DNA from: Clostridia bacterium
Lineage (GTDB): Bacteria > Bacillota > Clostridia > UMGS1883 > UMGS1540
Assembly: GCA_045533905.1 (NCBI GenBank)
Contig: JAZSIR010000013.1
Span: 1-64,000 of the forward strand
Length of the DNA: 64,000 nt
Direction: 5' to 3'
The position numbers and the translations under genes were made by a program. How positions within the stretch are numbered: the stretch's first letter is position 1; each line of letters opens with the position of its first letter. Positions 17,030-27,523 of the stretch are shown piece after piece. The notes below the pieces were generated by a model. That model was not told where the DNA came from. It did not search any database and saw only the letters and a program-made list of their open reading frames with translations.

Positions 17030-18964
17030 TTACCTCGCTTTGGAAGCAATTTCTTCTGTGACGAGTGCTACGAATTCGGAAAGCTTCATAGCACCCTTAT
17101 CGCCCTCTTTGCGAGAACGAACGGAAACGGCACCGTCTGCCTTTTCGTTTTCACCCACAATGAGCATATACGGCACTTTTTCAAGCTGTGCAGAGCGAAT
17201 TTTGTAGCCGATCTTTTCGTCGCGGCTGTCTATATCGGCGCGTACACCCTTTTCGCGAAGGGCGCGGCGGACTTCATCTGCATAGTCAAGATATTTTTCA
17301 CTAATCGGCAGAACGCGTACCTGTTCGGGCGACATCCAAGTCGGAAGTGCGCCTGCATATTTCTCAAGGAGAAGTGCAATGGTGCGTTCATAACAGCCGA
17401 TAGACGTTCTGTGAATAATGTAAGGACGTTTCTTTTCGCCGTCAGCCGCTGTGTATTCCATGCCGAATTTTTCAGCGAGCATCTGGTCTACTTGAATGGT
17501 AATGAGCGTATCTTCCTTGCCGTGAACATTCTTAATCTGAATGTCAAGCTTTGGACCGTAGAAAGCGGCTTCGCCAACGCCGATGGCATACGGGATTTCG
17601 AGATGGTTCAAAATTCTTTCCATAATGCCCTGCGCTTCATCCCACTGCTCGGGGGTACCGATATACTTTTCACGGTCATTCGGGTCCCACTGCGAGAAGC
17701 GGTAGCTTACGTCTTCGTAAAGACCAATCGTTTTAAGCATGTAGTTTGCAAGCTCAAGGCAGGACTTGAATTCGTCCTCGAGTTGTTCGGGTGTACACAT
17801 GAGATGGCCTTCCGAAATCGTGAACTGACGTACACGGATAAGACCGTGCATTTCGCCCGAAGCTTCGTTTCTGAAAAGGGTGGATGTTTCGCCGAGACGC
17901 ATCGGCAGGTCACGGTACGATCTGCCGCGGTTTAAGTATGCCTGATACTGGAACGGACAGGTCATAGGACGAAGTGCAAACACTTCCTCGTCACTTTCAG
18001 GATCGCCGAGCACAAACATACCATCGCGGTAATGATCCCAATGCCCGGATACTTTGTAAAGGTCACTCTTTGCCATAAGCGGCGTTTTGGTGCGCTGCCA
18101 GCCCCAAGCTTCTTCCGTATCTTCTACGAAGCGCTGGAGCGTCTGCATAAGCTGTGCTCCTTTCGGGAGCATGATGGGAAGCCCCTGCCCGATAAGTTCG
18201 GAGGTTGTAAAATATTCAAGATCGCGGCCGATTTTATTATGGTCGCGCTTTTTCGCTTCTTCGAGGGCTTCGAGGTACGCCGTAAGGTCAGCGTTCTTCG
18301 GGAATGCCGTACCGTAAATACGCTGGAGCATTTTGTTCTTCTCGTTGCCGCGCCAGTAGGCACCGGTTACGCTGAGAAGGCGGAATGCCTTAAGCTTCCC
18401 TGTGGTGGGAACGTGGGGGCCGGCACAAAGGTCGGTAAACTCGCCCTGTTCATAGAACGAAAGTTCCGCATCCTCCGGAAGATCCATGATGAGTTCAACC
18501 TTGTAAGGCTCGTCCTTCTTCTCCATAAGCGAGAGTGCTTCCGTGCGGGGGAGCACAAAGCGGCGAATCGGCAAATCTTCCTTAATAATTTTCTTCATTT
18601 CAGCCGAAATCGCATCTAAATCTTCCATGGAAAGATTTGTTTCCATATCAATATCATAATAGAAGCCATTCTCAATGGCGGGACCGATGGCAAGCTTTGC
18701 CGCGGGGTAGAGACGCTTTATGGCCTGTGCCAGAACGTGCGATGCCGTATGGCGGTACACAAGCTTTCCTTCCTCGCTGTCAAAGGTGAGAATTTCTACG
18801 GTGGCGTCTTCCACGATAGGCGTGTCGAGAGACACCACTTCGCCGTTTACTTTCACAGCGAGCGCCGCGCGGAAAAGACCGTCGCTGATGCTTTTTGCAA
18901 TGTCGCCGCCGGTTGTGCCGCTTTCAAAAGAATGTACTTCATCACGCAGAGTAATTTTCAACAT
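17030..18964 (-). CDS. thrS: Threonyl-tRNA synthetase
   Basis: TGS domain, GAYWRG, LQRIYGT, RPMTCP and AAFYGPKLD. Confidence 0.97.
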   Translation of the reverse strand: MLKITLRDEVHSFESGTTGGDIAKSISDGLFRAALAVKVNGEVVSLDTPIVEDATVEILTFDSEEGKLVYRHTASHVLAQAIKRLYPAAKLAIGPAIENGFYYDIDMETNLSMEDLDAISAEMKKIIKEDLPIRRFVLPRTEALSLMEKKDEPYKVELIMDLPEDAELSFYEQGEFTDLCAGPHVPTTGKLKAFRLLSVTGAYWRGNEKNKMLQRIYGTAFPKNADLTAYLEALEEAKKRDHNKIGRDLEYFTTSELIGQGLPIMLPKGAQLMQTLQRFVEDTEEAWGWQRTKTPLMAKSDLYKVSGHWDHYRDGMFVLGDPESDEEVFALRPMTCPFQYQAYLNRGRSYRDLPMRLGETSTLFRNEASGEMHGLIRVRQFTISEGHLMCTPEQLEDEFKSCLELANYMLKTIGLYEDVSYRFSQWDPNDREKYIGTPEQWDEAQGIMERILNHLEIPYAIGVGEAAFYGPKLDIQIKNVHGKEDTLITIQVDQMLAEKFGMEYTAADGEKKRPYIIHRTSIGCYERTIALLLEKYAGALPTWMSPEQVRVLPISEKYLDYADEVRRALREKGVRADIDSRDEKIGYKIRSAQLEKVPYMLIVGENEKADGAVSVRSRKEGDKGAMKLSEFVALVTEEIASKAR

Positions 18965-19000
18965 AGTATCACCGATTCTTTCCAAAAAATATATAGAAAT

Positions 19001-19029
19001 ATTATACGCTTTTTCTCTGTTTTTGTCAA
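19001..19029 (-). promoter_or_regulatory. SigA promoter of the thrS operon
   Basis: TTGACA-N17-TATAAT on the minus strand. Confidence 0.8.
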
Positions 19030-19087
19030 TGCAAATTCCGTAAAAATCTATTTTTCGCCGCCATACCGAAAAAAAATAAAGTTTTTC

Positions 19088-19116
19088 TTGACATATAATT
19101 CCGTGTGCGGTATAAT
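19088..19116 (+). promoter_or_regulatory. SigA promoter of rpsU
   Basis: TTGACA-N17-TATAAT. Confidence 0.85.
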
Positions 19117-19243
19117 AAATTTGTTTATGGTAGCGAAAAGGCGCTTGTCCGTTTTTAGATACGGGATGCTTCCGGGCAGGTCGGATGTATGCTTCTATAG
19201 AAAATATTCCCGAATTTGTACGACTCGGAGGGAGGGATTTTAG

Positions 19244-19420
19244 ATGTCGGAAATCAGAATTAAAGATAATGAGTCTTTAGATAGCGCGTTGCGCAGATTC
19301 AAACGTCAATGTGCAAAATCTGGTGTTTTGTCTGAGATTAGAAAAAGAGAACATTACGAAAAGCCGAGCGTAAAACGCAAGAAGAAGTCGGAAGCGGCAA
19401 GAAAGCGTAAGTTTAAGTAA
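19244..19420 (+). CDS. rpsU: 30S ribosomal protein S21 (not in the ORF track)
   Basis: Hand translation [58 protein letters not shown]. Confidence 0.97.
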   Translation: MSEIRIKDNESLDSALRRFKRQCAKSGVLSEIRKREHYEKPSVKRKKKSEAARKRKFK

Positions 19421-19431
19421 GACAAAAAACG

Positions 19432-19462
19432 AAAAGGCCCTTTTCTAAAAGGTGCCTTTTTT
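19432..19462 (+). terminator. rpsU terminator
   Basis: AAAAGGCCCTTTT / AAAAGGTGCCTTTT plus T-run. Confidence 0.65.
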
Positions 19463-19519
19463 GTTTTCCGATATTTTTTACCCTTCGAAAAATAAAAACA
19501 AAAAAAGTTAAAAAATGTA

Positions 19520-19548
19520 TTGACAAACCTTTTCCTTTGTGGTATTAT
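19520..19548 (+). promoter_or_regulatory. SigA promoter of tRNA-Lys
   Basis: TTGACA-N17-TATTAT preceded by A-tracts. Confidence 0.75.
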
Positions 19549-19566
19549 AATCAAGTCGCAAGACAC

Positions 19567-19642
19567 GCGCCATTAGCTCAGTTGGTAGAGCAACTGACTC
19601 TTAATCAGTGGGTCCTGGGTTCGAGTCCCCGATGGCGCACCA
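19567..19642 (+). tRNA. tRNA-Lys(CTT)
   Basis: GCGCCAT acceptor stem, CTGA-CT-CTT-AA-TCAG anticodon arm, GGTTCGAGTCC, encoded CCA; 76 nt. Confidence 0.97.
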
Positions 19643-19677
19643 ACAAAAAAGACATCTTCGGATGTCTTTTTTTGTTG
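19641..19677 (+). terminator. tRNA-Lys terminator
   Basis: CAACAAAAAAGACATC-TTCG-GATGTCTTTTTTTGTTG. Confidence 0.9.
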
Positions 19678-19788
19678 TCTGAATCAAAATCGGGGGACTC
19701 GAACCCTCAAAATCGGTGACAGAACACGAGCTGGTTTTGTATTTTTTCAGCATTTCCCGAATAGAATGAAGAAAAGAACGAAAAAATC

Positions 19789-19817
19789 TTGACAAATCCT
19801 CGGGAAGTCACTATAAT
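19789..19817 (+). promoter_or_regulatory. SigA promoter of the antiporter gene
   Basis: TTGACA-N17-TATAAT. Confidence 0.8.
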
Positions 19818-19867
19818 AAAAAGGTCGATTTTTGGCATAATGTTATTGTATTAAGGAAGCGAGAAAA

Positions 19868-21166
19868 ATGAGTACATTATTATCTGTTTCAGTTGCCCTC
19901 CTTGCCGGTCTTTTGATGACGCGCGTATTTAAGCCGCTGAAGCTGCCGGCAGTAACGGCATACCTTATCGCCGGTGTTTTAATCGGGCCGTACTGCATCG
20001 GTGCCCTTGGAATTGAAGGCCTCGGCTTTAAAACATCAGAAGCGGTAGGCGCCCTTTCCCTTATTTCTGATGTGGCACTCGGCTTTATTGCTTTTTCCAT
20101 CGGTAGTGAATTTAGATTGGAAGAACTCAAAAAAACCGGTAAGCAGGCAACCGTAATCGGTATTTCCCAGGCACTCGTGGCAACGCTCCTTGTAGACCTT
20201 GCCCTTTTAGGCGTACATCTCATGATTCCCGATAAGCTCACAGTTCCGCAGCTTTTGACACTGGGCGCCATCGCCACGGCTACGGCACCTGCGGCAACGC
20301 TCATGGTTGTACGGCAGTATAAAGCAAAAGGACCTTTGACTGACCTTCTTTTGCCGATTGTTGCACTCGATGATGCAGTAGGTCTTATTGTGTTCGCCGT
20401 ATCCTTCGGGATTGCGCGTTCCCTTATGGAGGGCGCGGTGGATATGGTTTCCATCCTTGTAAACCCGATTGTGGAAATTGTCTGCTCGTTAGGTCTTGGC
20501 GCTATCATGGGCTGGATACTCACGCAGCTTGAAAAGATGTTCAACTCCAATACAAACCGCCTCAATATGTCAACCGCGTTTGTATTTTTAACGGTAGCCC
20601 TTTCCATGATTGACTTCCATATCGGCGCAGTACATATCAGCTTCTCGTCGCTCCTTGTTTGCATGATGCTCGGCACGATTTTCTGCAATATCTGTCCGCT
20701 TTCTGAAGACCTTATGGAGAGAACAGATAAATGGACCTCGCCGCTTTTTGCACTTTTCTTTGTGATCAGTGGTGCAGAACTGGAACTGAATGTTTTCGCG
20801 GAAATATCTATCGTCCTTATTGGTCTTGTATATATTTTATTCCGTTCTCTCGGCAAGTATTTTGGTACTATGATGAGTGCGAAAATGACAGCTTGCTCAC
20901 CGGCTATCTGCAAATACCTCGGTATTACGCTTCTGCCGCAGGCAGGTGTTGCGCTCGGCATGTGCGCAATTGCCGCGGAACAGCTTCCGGGACAGGGCAA
21001 TCTCATCCGAAACATTACGCTGTTTGCCGTTTTGGTTTACGAAATTTTCGGTCCTGTATTCACACGTTGGGCGCTCACAAAAGCAGGCGACATTCAGCCG
21101 ATGAGCGAAGAAGTGAAAAACCGCCGCAAAACAAAACTCGCTGCGGCACAAAAGGCAGAAAAATAA
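19868..21166 (+). CDS. Cation:proton antiporter (CPA2-like)
   Basis: Many TM helices; ATAPAAT, VALDD and LPQAGVALG. Confidence 0.9.
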   Translation: MSTLLSVSVALLAGLLMTRVFKPLKLPAVTAYLIAGVLIGPYCIGALGIEGLGFKTSEAVGALSLISDVALGFIAFSIGSEFRLEELKKTGKQATVIGISQALVATLLVDLALLGVHLMIPDKLTVPQLLTLGAIATATAPAATLMVVRQYKAKGPLTDLLLPIVALDDAVGLIVFAVSFGIARSLMEGAVDMVSILVNPIVEIVCSLGLGAIMGWILTQLEKMFNSNTNRLNMSTAFVFLTVALSMIDFHIGAVHISFSSLLVCMMLGTIFCNICPLSEDLMERTDKWTSPLFALFFVISGAELELNVFAEISIVLIGLVYILFRSLGKYFGTMMSAKMTACSPAICKYLGITLLPQAGVALGMCAIAAEQLPGQGNLIRNITLFAVLVYEIFGPVFTRWALTKAGDIQPMSEEVKNRRKTKLAAAQKAEK

Positions 21167-21222
21167 AACAAAAATCCGGATGCCTTGTGCATTCGGATTT
21201 TACGTATGGGAGATGATTTTGC

Positions 21223-22470
21223 ATGCAGGCGCAAGGCAAAAACGCACTTGTATACGCCAAAAGTTTTTTAAAATGGATTCTTCTTGCCACGGTGGTCGGT
21301 CTGTTCGGCGGCTTTGTGGGAAGCCTTTTCCATCTCTGTGTGGATTTTGTAACCGAGCTTCGTGTGGAGACGGGATGGCTCATTTACCTATTGCCGATTG
21401 GCGGCGTTTTCATCGCCGCGCTTTATGCTCTTTCTAAAAATAAAGGGAATATCGACACAAACCGCGTTTTGGAAGCGGTGCGCACCGACAGAAGTGTTCC
21501 GTTTATAATGGCACCCCTCATTTTTATCAGTACTGTCATCACGCATCTTCTCGGCGGCTCTGCCGGGAGAGAAGGGGCGGCGCTGCAGCTTGGTGGCAGT
21601 ATCGGCTATCGCGTGGGCAAAACCTTCCGTCTCGGGGAGGGAGATATGCACATTCTCGTTATGAGTGGTATGAGTGCCGTGTTCTCCGCACTTTTTGGAA
21701 CGCCTATTACCGCCGCTGTCTTTGCACTTGAGGTTGTGCGCGTAGGTACATTCCGGTATGCGGCGCTGGTGCCGAGTACGCTTTCGGCGCTTGTAGCCGT
21801 CAGCGTGGCCGAGCGATTCGGGATTGCTCCGGTACACTTTGCAGGCATTGCCTTCCCGTCACTTTCTGTTTTGGGACTTTTACAGGCGGCAGGACTCGCG
21901 CTTTGTTGCGCCCTTGTGGGCATCTTATTTTGCAAAGCCATTCATACGGCAGAGCATTTTTCGGAGAAGTTTCTTCCTAATAAATATATACGCGGATTTT
22001 TAGGCGGGGCCCTCCTTGTTTTACTTACGCTTTTGGTGGGTACGCGCGACTATAACGGTGCCGGTATGGATGTCATCTCGCGTGCCATCGGCGGCGAGGC
22101 CGCGCCGGAAGCCTTCCTATTAAAAATAGTATTCACCGCTATCACTATTGCGGCGGGTTTTCGCGGCGGCGAAATTGTGCCTACGTTTTTCATCGGTTCC
22201 ACCTTCGGTTGCGCCGCCGGTGCGCTTTTAGGGATGGATCCGGCGCTCGGCGCCGCTATCGGGTTTGTGGCGCTCTTCTGCAGCGTTGTAAACTGTCCTA
22301 TTGCTTCTACGTTTTTGGCGGTGGAAGTTTTCGGCGCCGAAGGGCTTCCCGTGTTTGCGCTCGTATGCGCGGTCAGCTATATGATGTCAGGGCTTGGGGG
22401 GCTCTATAAGACCCAGCAGATTCTCTACTCTAAGACCGATGAGAGTGAACTCGAAATTCTTCAAAAATAG
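21223..22470 (+). CDS. ClC-family chloride/fluoride channel protein
   Basis: GGSAGREGAA and GFRGGEIVP motifs. Confidence 0.9.
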   Translation: MQAQGKNALVYAKSFLKWILLATVVGLFGGFVGSLFHLCVDFVTELRVETGWLIYLLPIGGVFIAALYALSKNKGNIDTNRVLEAVRTDRSVPFIMAPLIFISTVITHLLGGSAGREGAALQLGGSIGYRVGKTFRLGEGDMHILVMSGMSAVFSALFGTPITAAVFALEVVRVGTFRYAALVPSTLSALVAVSVAERFGIAPVHFAGIAFPSLSVLGLLQAAGLALCCALVGILFCKAIHTAEHFSEKFLPNKYIRGFLGGALLVLLTLLVGTRDYNGAGMDVISRAIGGEAAPEAFLLKIVFTAITIAAGFRGGEIVPTFFIGSTFGCAAGALLGMDPALGAAIGFVALFCSVVNCPIASTFLAVEVFGAEGLPVFALVCAVSYMMSGLGGLYKTQQILYSKTDESELEILQK

Positions 22471-22655
22471 AAAGAAAAATGACATAAAAAAGTGCCTTTT
22501 TACGCGAAAAAAGGCACTTTTTTCGTATTTGTTAAAAATTTTTTCAAAAAAACGCAACATTTTTTTAAAAAACGTTACACATTTAAAAACGCCGTATTTT
22601 CTGGCTTTTCGGCGTTTTTTACATTTTTTGCCTTTTTCCAATTATATACAGTAAA

Positions 22656-22717
22656 TGTAATAAATTTGAAACTATTACATAAAATGGTTTGACAAGGGGT
22701 AGCATTTATAGTAAAAT
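22656..22717 (+). promoter_or_regulatory. SigA promoter with a possible WalR box
   Basis: TTGACA(22689)-N17-TAAAAT; upstream TGTAAT-N5-TGAAAC is one mismatch from the WalR direct repeat. Confidence 0.5.
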
Positions 22718-22739
22718 GAGGTGCGAAGGAGTGATTCTC

Positions 22740-23996
22740 ATGTTTAAAACAGGAGAATTGTCAAAGCAGAAAATAAGGCGCTTTGTATTGCCTTTAATCG
22801 CTTTGATAGTTCTTGCAGCCATCACGGCTATCGTATGCGCGGCTGTTTTAGGCAAAGTCGTTTACATTCACGACGGTGAAACTGTAACAACTTTTAAAAC
22901 AGCAAAGCTTACTGTCGGAGAGGCGCTGGAGGAAGCGGAAATCATCCCCGGAGAATTTGATATTGTAGACCCGGCACCAGATGCCAAGATAGAAGAGGGC
23001 ATGGAAATTCATATTACACGTGCCGTACCGCTTACCCTTATAGTAGATGGTGTGCGAGAGGAATTGCACACTCTCTCCAAAACAGTAGAGGCGCTTCTTG
23101 CGGAGCGCGAAATTCAGCTTGTCGGTTTTGATGCAGTTCTGCCGCCGGCAGAAACAGAAATTACCCCCGGTATGGAAGTTGTCGTAAATCATTCGAAAAA
23201 CATCACCTATACAGGAGATGGAAAAACGGAGATTGTGAGCACACTCACAAACACCGTCGGCGAAATGATTGCGGCAATGGGCCTTACCCTTTCGGAAGAG
23301 GATTTCACGAAGCCGGCAATGGACACCCCGCTTTCGGACGGGCTGGAGGTACGCCTCGTGCGCGTTACCTATAAGACCGTAACGGATACAGAAAGCGTAG
23401 GGTATCAGATTGAGGAAAAAACAACTTCTTCCCTTACAAAGGGAAAGACCCGCATTGCGCAGGTAGGGAAGAACGGCATCCGGAAGAATACGTATTCCGT
23501 TCTGATGCACGATAAGGAAGAGGTTAAAAGAGAACTGGTTTCTTCTGAAATCACAAGGAAGCCTGTCAACAAGATTATCGAAAAAGGCACAGCAGCAGCT
23601 GCGGCGCCAAAACCTGCAAGCGTTCCTTCCTCGGGCGCAGGCAGCGTGATGACGGCAAAGGGTGAAAATTTTTCCTATAAAAAGAAAATCACCTGCACGG
23701 CGTATGCATATGACCTCACATATGAAAGCTGCGGCAAGTATCCGGGAGATCCGGATTACGGTATTACGGCAAGCGGTATGAAGGCCGGCCCCGGCGTTAT
23801 TGCGGTAGACCCGTCTGTGATTCCGCTCGGCACAAGGCTGTACGTGGAAGCAGTTGACGGCTCGTGGACCTATGGCTACTGTGTGGCAGGGGATACAGGC
23901 AGCGGCATTTACGGCAACCGTATTGACCTTTTCTTTAATACGCCCACAGAAGTTCGAAACTTCGGCGTCCGCAAGGCTACCGTATACATTTTGTAA
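22740..23996 (+). CDS. YabE-like cell-wall protein (DUF348 repeats, G5 and 3D domains)
   Basis: Repeated TVxExL units, G5 (GKNG...IIEKGT) and 3D domain IAVDPSVIPLGT...DTG...IDLF. Confidence 0.88.
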   Translation: MFKTGELSKQKIRRFVLPLIALIVLAAITAIVCAAVLGKVVYIHDGETVTTFKTAKLTVGEALEEAEIIPGEFDIVDPAPDAKIEEGMEIHITRAVPLTLIVDGVREELHTLSKTVEALLAEREIQLVGFDAVLPPAETEITPGMEVVVNHSKNITYTGDGKTEIVSTLTNTVGEMIAAMGLTLSEEDFTKPAMDTPLSDGLEVRLVRVTYKTVTDTESVGYQIEEKTTSSLTKGKTRIAQVGKNGIRKNTYSVLMHDKEEVKRELVSSEITRKPVNKIIEKGTAAAAAPKPASVPSSGAGSVMTAKGENFSYKKKITCTAYAYDLTYESCGKYPGDPDYGITASGMKAGPGVIAVDPSVIPLGTRLYVEAVDGSWTYGYCVAGDTGSGIYGNRIDLFFNTPTEVRNFGVRKATVYIL

Positions 23997-24002
23997 TGCA
24001 AG

Positions 24003-24030
24003 AAACGCCCTGCTTTTGCAGGGCGTTTTT
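24003..24030 (+). terminator. Rho-independent terminator
   Basis: AAACGCCCTGC-TTTT-GCAGGGCGTTTTT. Confidence 0.85.
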
Positions 24031-24079
24031 GTGCCTGAAAGAAAAGGGAAGAAAAAATTAAAAAATTTTCAAAAAAAGC

Positions 24080-24113
24080 TTGCAATTGACAAAAAAGTGT
24101 GATATAGTATCAT
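24080..24113 (+). promoter_or_regulatory. S10 operon promoter(s)
   Basis: TTGCAA-N17-TATAGT overlapping TTGACA-N16-TATCAT. Confidence 0.7.
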
Positions 24114-24114
24114 G

Positions 24115-24230
24115 TGCTGTGACATGGCATACGATGAAGCGGGAGGTTGCCGGGTGTGCCCGGGTTTTTCCGTGGAGAATGTCCGATTCTTGAAATTGGG
24201 CGACAGTCACTGTACACTAAGTATAAGAAA
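24115..24230 (+). ncRNA. Putative S10 ribosomal leader (Clostridia type)
   Basis: About 280-nt untranslated leader before rpsJ containing GATGAAGCGGGAGGTTGCCG...GTGGAGAATGTCCG...GGGCGACAGTCAC; boundaries approximate, recognised from memory. Confidence 0.55.
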
Positions 24231-24396
24231 GAACTCGAAAGAAAGTCTTTTTGTGCTTATCTGTGCCCGGATACAAGTATGTCCGGGTTTATGTTTGCAA
24301 AAGCATGACACACACGGCAGAGTGTACGGTTCTTCTCGTCGGCATGGACAAAGTGGAAAAAAGCCACAACAGCGAAAAAAATTAGGAGGCGAGATT

Positions 24397-24726
24397 ATGG
24401 CAGCAAAACAGAAAATCAGGATTCGTCTGAAAGCGTATGAGCACGCGCTCATCGATCAGGCAGCGGAGAAGATCGTGGAAACCGCAAAGCGTACAGGTTC
24501 CACAGTATCCGGTCCGGTACCGCTCCCCACGGAGAAGGAAATCATCACCATTCTTCGAGCGGTACACAAGTACAAGGACTCCCGCGAACAGTTTGAAATG
24601 CGCACGCATAAGAGACTGATCGACATTCTGCATCCCACAAACAAAACTGTGGAAGCTCTGGGACGTCTGGAAGTGCCCGCCGGCGTAAGCATTGAAATCA
24701 AGCTTGTCGGCAAGGACGCGCGGTAA
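24397..24726 (+). CDS. rpsJ: 30S ribosomal protein S10
   Basis: [10 protein letters not shown]...GPVPLPT; start after AGGAGG. Confidence 0.98.
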   Translation: MAAKQKIRIRLKAYEHALIDQAAEKIVETAKRTGSTVSGPVPLPTEKEIITILRAVHKYKDSREQFEMRTHKRLIDILHPTNKTVEALGRLEVPAGVSIEIKLVGKDAR

Positions 24727-24770
24727 ATGTTGGCGACACCGTCAACCAATAACCAAAAGGAGGAAAAACA

Positions 24771-25400
24771 ATGAACAAGGCAATTATTGGTAAGAAAATT
24801 GGCATGACACAGATTTTCACCCCTGAAGGCCGCCTCGTTCCGGTAACGGTAATTGAAGCAGGCCCGTGCACAGTTGTACAGAAGAAAACAGTTGAAACCG
24901 ATGGTTACGTAGCTGTACAGCTTGGCTTTGGTGAAAAGAAGGACAAGAAAGTAACAAAGCCGGAAAAGGGACACTTTGAAAAAGCAGGTGTTTCGGCAAA
25001 GCGTGTACTTCGTGAGTTCCGTCTCGCAGGCGCCGCTGACATGAACCCGGGCGATGTAGTGAACGTCGAAATCTTCGCAGAAGGCGACAAGGTCGATGTA
25101 ACGGGCATCTCCAAGGGTAAAGGTTATGCAGGTACCGTAAAGCGCTTCGGCACACACCGTGGTCCTATGGCACACGGTTCCAAGTATCATCGCGGCCCCG
25201 GTTCCATGGGCGCTTGCTCCACACCGTCCAAGGTTATGAAGGGTAAGAAGCTCCCGGGTCATATGGGTGTTGACCGTGTAACGGTTCAGAACCTCGACGT
25301 AGTTAAGGTAGATTCCGAAAGAAATCTCCTTCTCGTAAAAGGTGCAGTTCCGGGCGCACGCGGCAGCATCGTAACGGTTAAAGATACAGTTAAAAAATAA
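24771..25400 (+). CDS. rplC: 50S ribosomal protein L3
   Basis: [10 protein letters not shown]; operon order. Confidence 0.98.
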   Translation: MNKAIIGKKIGMTQIFTPEGRLVPVTVIEAGPCTVVQKKTVETDGYVAVQLGFGEKKDKKVTKPEKGHFEKAGVSAKRVLREFRLAGAADMNPGDVVNVEIFAEGDKVDVTGISKGKGYAGTVKRFGTHRGPMAHGSKYHRGPGSMGACSTPSKVMKGKKLPGHMGVDRVTVQNLDVVKVDSERNLLLVKGAVPGARGSIVTVKDTVKK

Positions 25401-25427
25401 TGAATTACCAGGGAAGGAGGATTTGAC

Positions 25428-26051
25428 ATGCCTAAAACAGATGTATATAAGATGGATGGCAGCAAAGCGGGCGAGATTACATTGTCCGATGCTGTATTCG
25501 GTCAGGAAGTAAATAAGACAGTCTTGCACAGTGTTATCGTGAACTATCTCGCAAACCAGAGACAGGGCACACAGAGTGCAAAGACTCGTTCTGAAGTTGC
25601 CGGCGGCGGCGCAAAGCCTTTCAGACAGAAGGGTACCGGTCGTGCAAGACAGGGTAGCACCAGAGCGGCACAGTGGATTAAGGGTGGCATCATTTTCGCC
25701 CCGAAGCCCAGAGAATACAGATTCTCTATCAATAAGAAGGTTAAGGACGTTGCAATGCGTTCGGCTCTCAGCTCCAAGGTACAGGAAAATGAAATCCTGG
25801 TTATGGAATCTCTCGAGCTTGAAGCAATCAAGACCAAGCAGGTTACAAACATGCTGAGCGCTCTCGGCGTAGAAGGCAAGGCACTTTTCGTTACATGCGA
25901 CAAGAACGACAACCTCTATCTGTCCGCAAGAAACATTTACGGGGTAGACGTTTCGTATGTAGGTATGCTGAATGTGTATGACATTCTCAATCATGGCAAG
26001 CTTATTATTGCGAAAAACGCCGTAGAAAAACTGGAGGAGGTTTACGCATAA
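25428..26051 (+). CDS. rplD: 50S ribosomal protein L4
   Basis: [14 protein letters not shown]. Confidence 0.98.
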   Translation: MPKTDVYKMDGSKAGEITLSDAVFGQEVNKTVLHSVIVNYLANQRQGTQSAKTRSEVAGGGAKPFRQKGTGRARQGSTRAAQWIKGGIIFAPKPREYRFSINKKVKDVAMRSALSSKVQENEILVMESLELEAIKTKQVTNMLSALGVEGKALFVTCDKNDNLYLSARNIYGVDVSYVGMLNVYDILNHGKLIIAKNAVEKLEEVYA

Positions 26052-26052
26052 T

Positions 26053-26349
26053 ATGAAAAACGTACATGATATTATCATTCGTCCGATTATTACGGAAAAC
26101 AGTATGGATCAGCTGCAGGATAAGAAGTACACCTTTGAAGTTGCACGCAGCGCAAACAAGGTAGAAATCAAGCAGGCGATCGAAGAAATTTTCCCGGGTG
26201 TTAAGGTTGATAAAGTTACAACCCAGAACGTTCTCGGCAAAATTAAGCGTATGGGCAGAAGCGAAGGCAGAAGAGCCAACTGGAAGAAAGCCATCGTAAA
26301 GCTCACAGAAAGCAGTAAGACCATTGAGTTCTTTGAAGGTCTTGTATAA
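26053..26349 (+). CDS. rplW: 50S ribosomal protein L23
   Basis: PIITE...WKKAIV. Confidence 0.98.
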   Translation: MKNVHDIIIRPIITENSMDQLQDKKYTFEVARSANKVEIKQAIEEIFPGVKVDKVTTQNVLGKIKRMGRSEGRRANWKKAIVKLTESSKTIEFFEGLV

Positions 26350-26366
26350 GCTTAGGAGGGATTGAA

Positions 26367-27200
26367 ATGGCAGTAAAGAAATTTAAACCTACTTCTCCCG
26401 CACGCAGATTTATGACGGTATCCGCCTTCGAAGAGATCACCAAGAAAGAACCGGAACGTTCTTTGCTTGAACCTTTGAAGAAGCATGCCGGCAGAAATGC
26501 ATACGGCAGAATCACCGTTCGTCATCGTGGCGGCGGCAACAGACAGAAATACAGAGTTATCGACTTTAAGCGCAATAAGATGGATATGCCGGCAACGGTT
26601 ATCGGTATCGAATACGATCCGAACAGAAGCGCAAACATCGCTCTTCTTCAGTACGAAGATGGCGAAAAGCGCTACATCATTGCTCCCTTAGGTCTTACCG
26701 ACGGCGATGTAGTTATCTCCAGTGCCACAGCCGACATCAAACCCGGCAACGCACTCCCGATCAGCTCCATTCCGGTAGGTACTCTCATTCACAACATCGA
26801 ACTTTCTCCCGGCAAGGGCGGTCAGCTCGTAAGAAGCGCCGGTAACAGCGCACAGCTGATGGCTAAGGAAGGCAAGTACGCACAGGTACGTCTCCCCTCG
26901 GGCGAAGTTAGAATGGTTCGTATCAACTGCATGGCTACTATCGGCCAGGTTGGTAACATCGACCATGAAAACATCTCTATCGGTAAAGCGGGCCGCAAGC
27001 GCCACATGGGTATCAGACCGACCGTCCGCGGTGTTGTTATGAACCCGAATGACCACCCCCACGGCGGTGGTGAAGGTAAGTCTCCTATCGGTATGCCGAG
27101 CCCGGTAACACCGTGGGGCAAGCCGGCGCTGGGTCTTAAGACCAGAAAGAAGAACAAAGAATCTAACAAGTTTATTGTAAAACGCCGGAATCAGAAGTAA
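26367..27200 (+). CDS. rplB: 50S ribosomal protein L2
   Basis: [13 protein letters not shown]. Confidence 0.98.
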   Translation: MAVKKFKPTSPARRFMTVSAFEEITKKEPERSLLEPLKKHAGRNAYGRITVRHRGGGNRQKYRVIDFKRNKMDMPATVIGIEYDPNRSANIALLQYEDGEKRYIIAPLGLTDGDVVISSATADIKPGNALPISSIPVGTLIHNIELSPGKGGQLVRSAGNSAQLMAKEGKYAQVRLPSGEVRMVRINCMATIGQVGNIDHENISIGKAGRKRHMGIRPTVRGVVMNPNDHPHGGGEGKSPIGMPSPVTPWGKPALGLKTRKKNKESNKFIVKRRNQK

Positions 27201-27224
27201 TCTGATTGAGAGGAGGATTAACAC

Positions 27225-27500
27225 ATGGGTAGATCAGTTAAGAAAGGACCCTTTGTCCAGGAACGCCTTTTAAAGCGCGTTATCGAAATGAACGAAAGTG
27301 GCGACAAAAAGGTTCTTAAGACCTGGTCGAGAAGTTCGACAATATTCCCTGAAATGGTAGGCCATACAATTGCTGTACACGACGGTCGCAAGCATGTACC
27401 CGTTTATGTAACAGAAGATATGGTAGGTCATAAGCTCGGCGAATTCGCGCCGACAAGAACGTATAAGGGTCATGCAGGTTCGAAAACAACCGGCAAATAA
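27225..27500 (+). CDS. rpsS: 30S ribosomal protein S19
   Basis: KTWSRSS and [11 protein letters not shown]. Confidence 0.98.
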   Translation: MGRSVKKGPFVQERLLKRVIEMNESGDKKVLKTWSRSSTIFPEMVGHTIAVHDGRKHVPVYVTEDMVGHKLGEFAPTRTYKGHAGSKTTGK

Positions 27501-27523
27501 AGAAGCGAAAGGAAAGGGTATCT

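Noticed and set aside
24112-24396. N-terminal extension of S10 in the ORF track
   Set aside because: The real start is 24397 after AGGAGG; the upstream region is the operon leader.
24456-26078. 540-aa antisense ORF, and similar ones at 16454-17935, 19843-21015, 52541-53989 and 56270-57559
   Set aside because: Shadow frames opposite codon-biased housekeeping genes, with no recognisable motifs or RBS.
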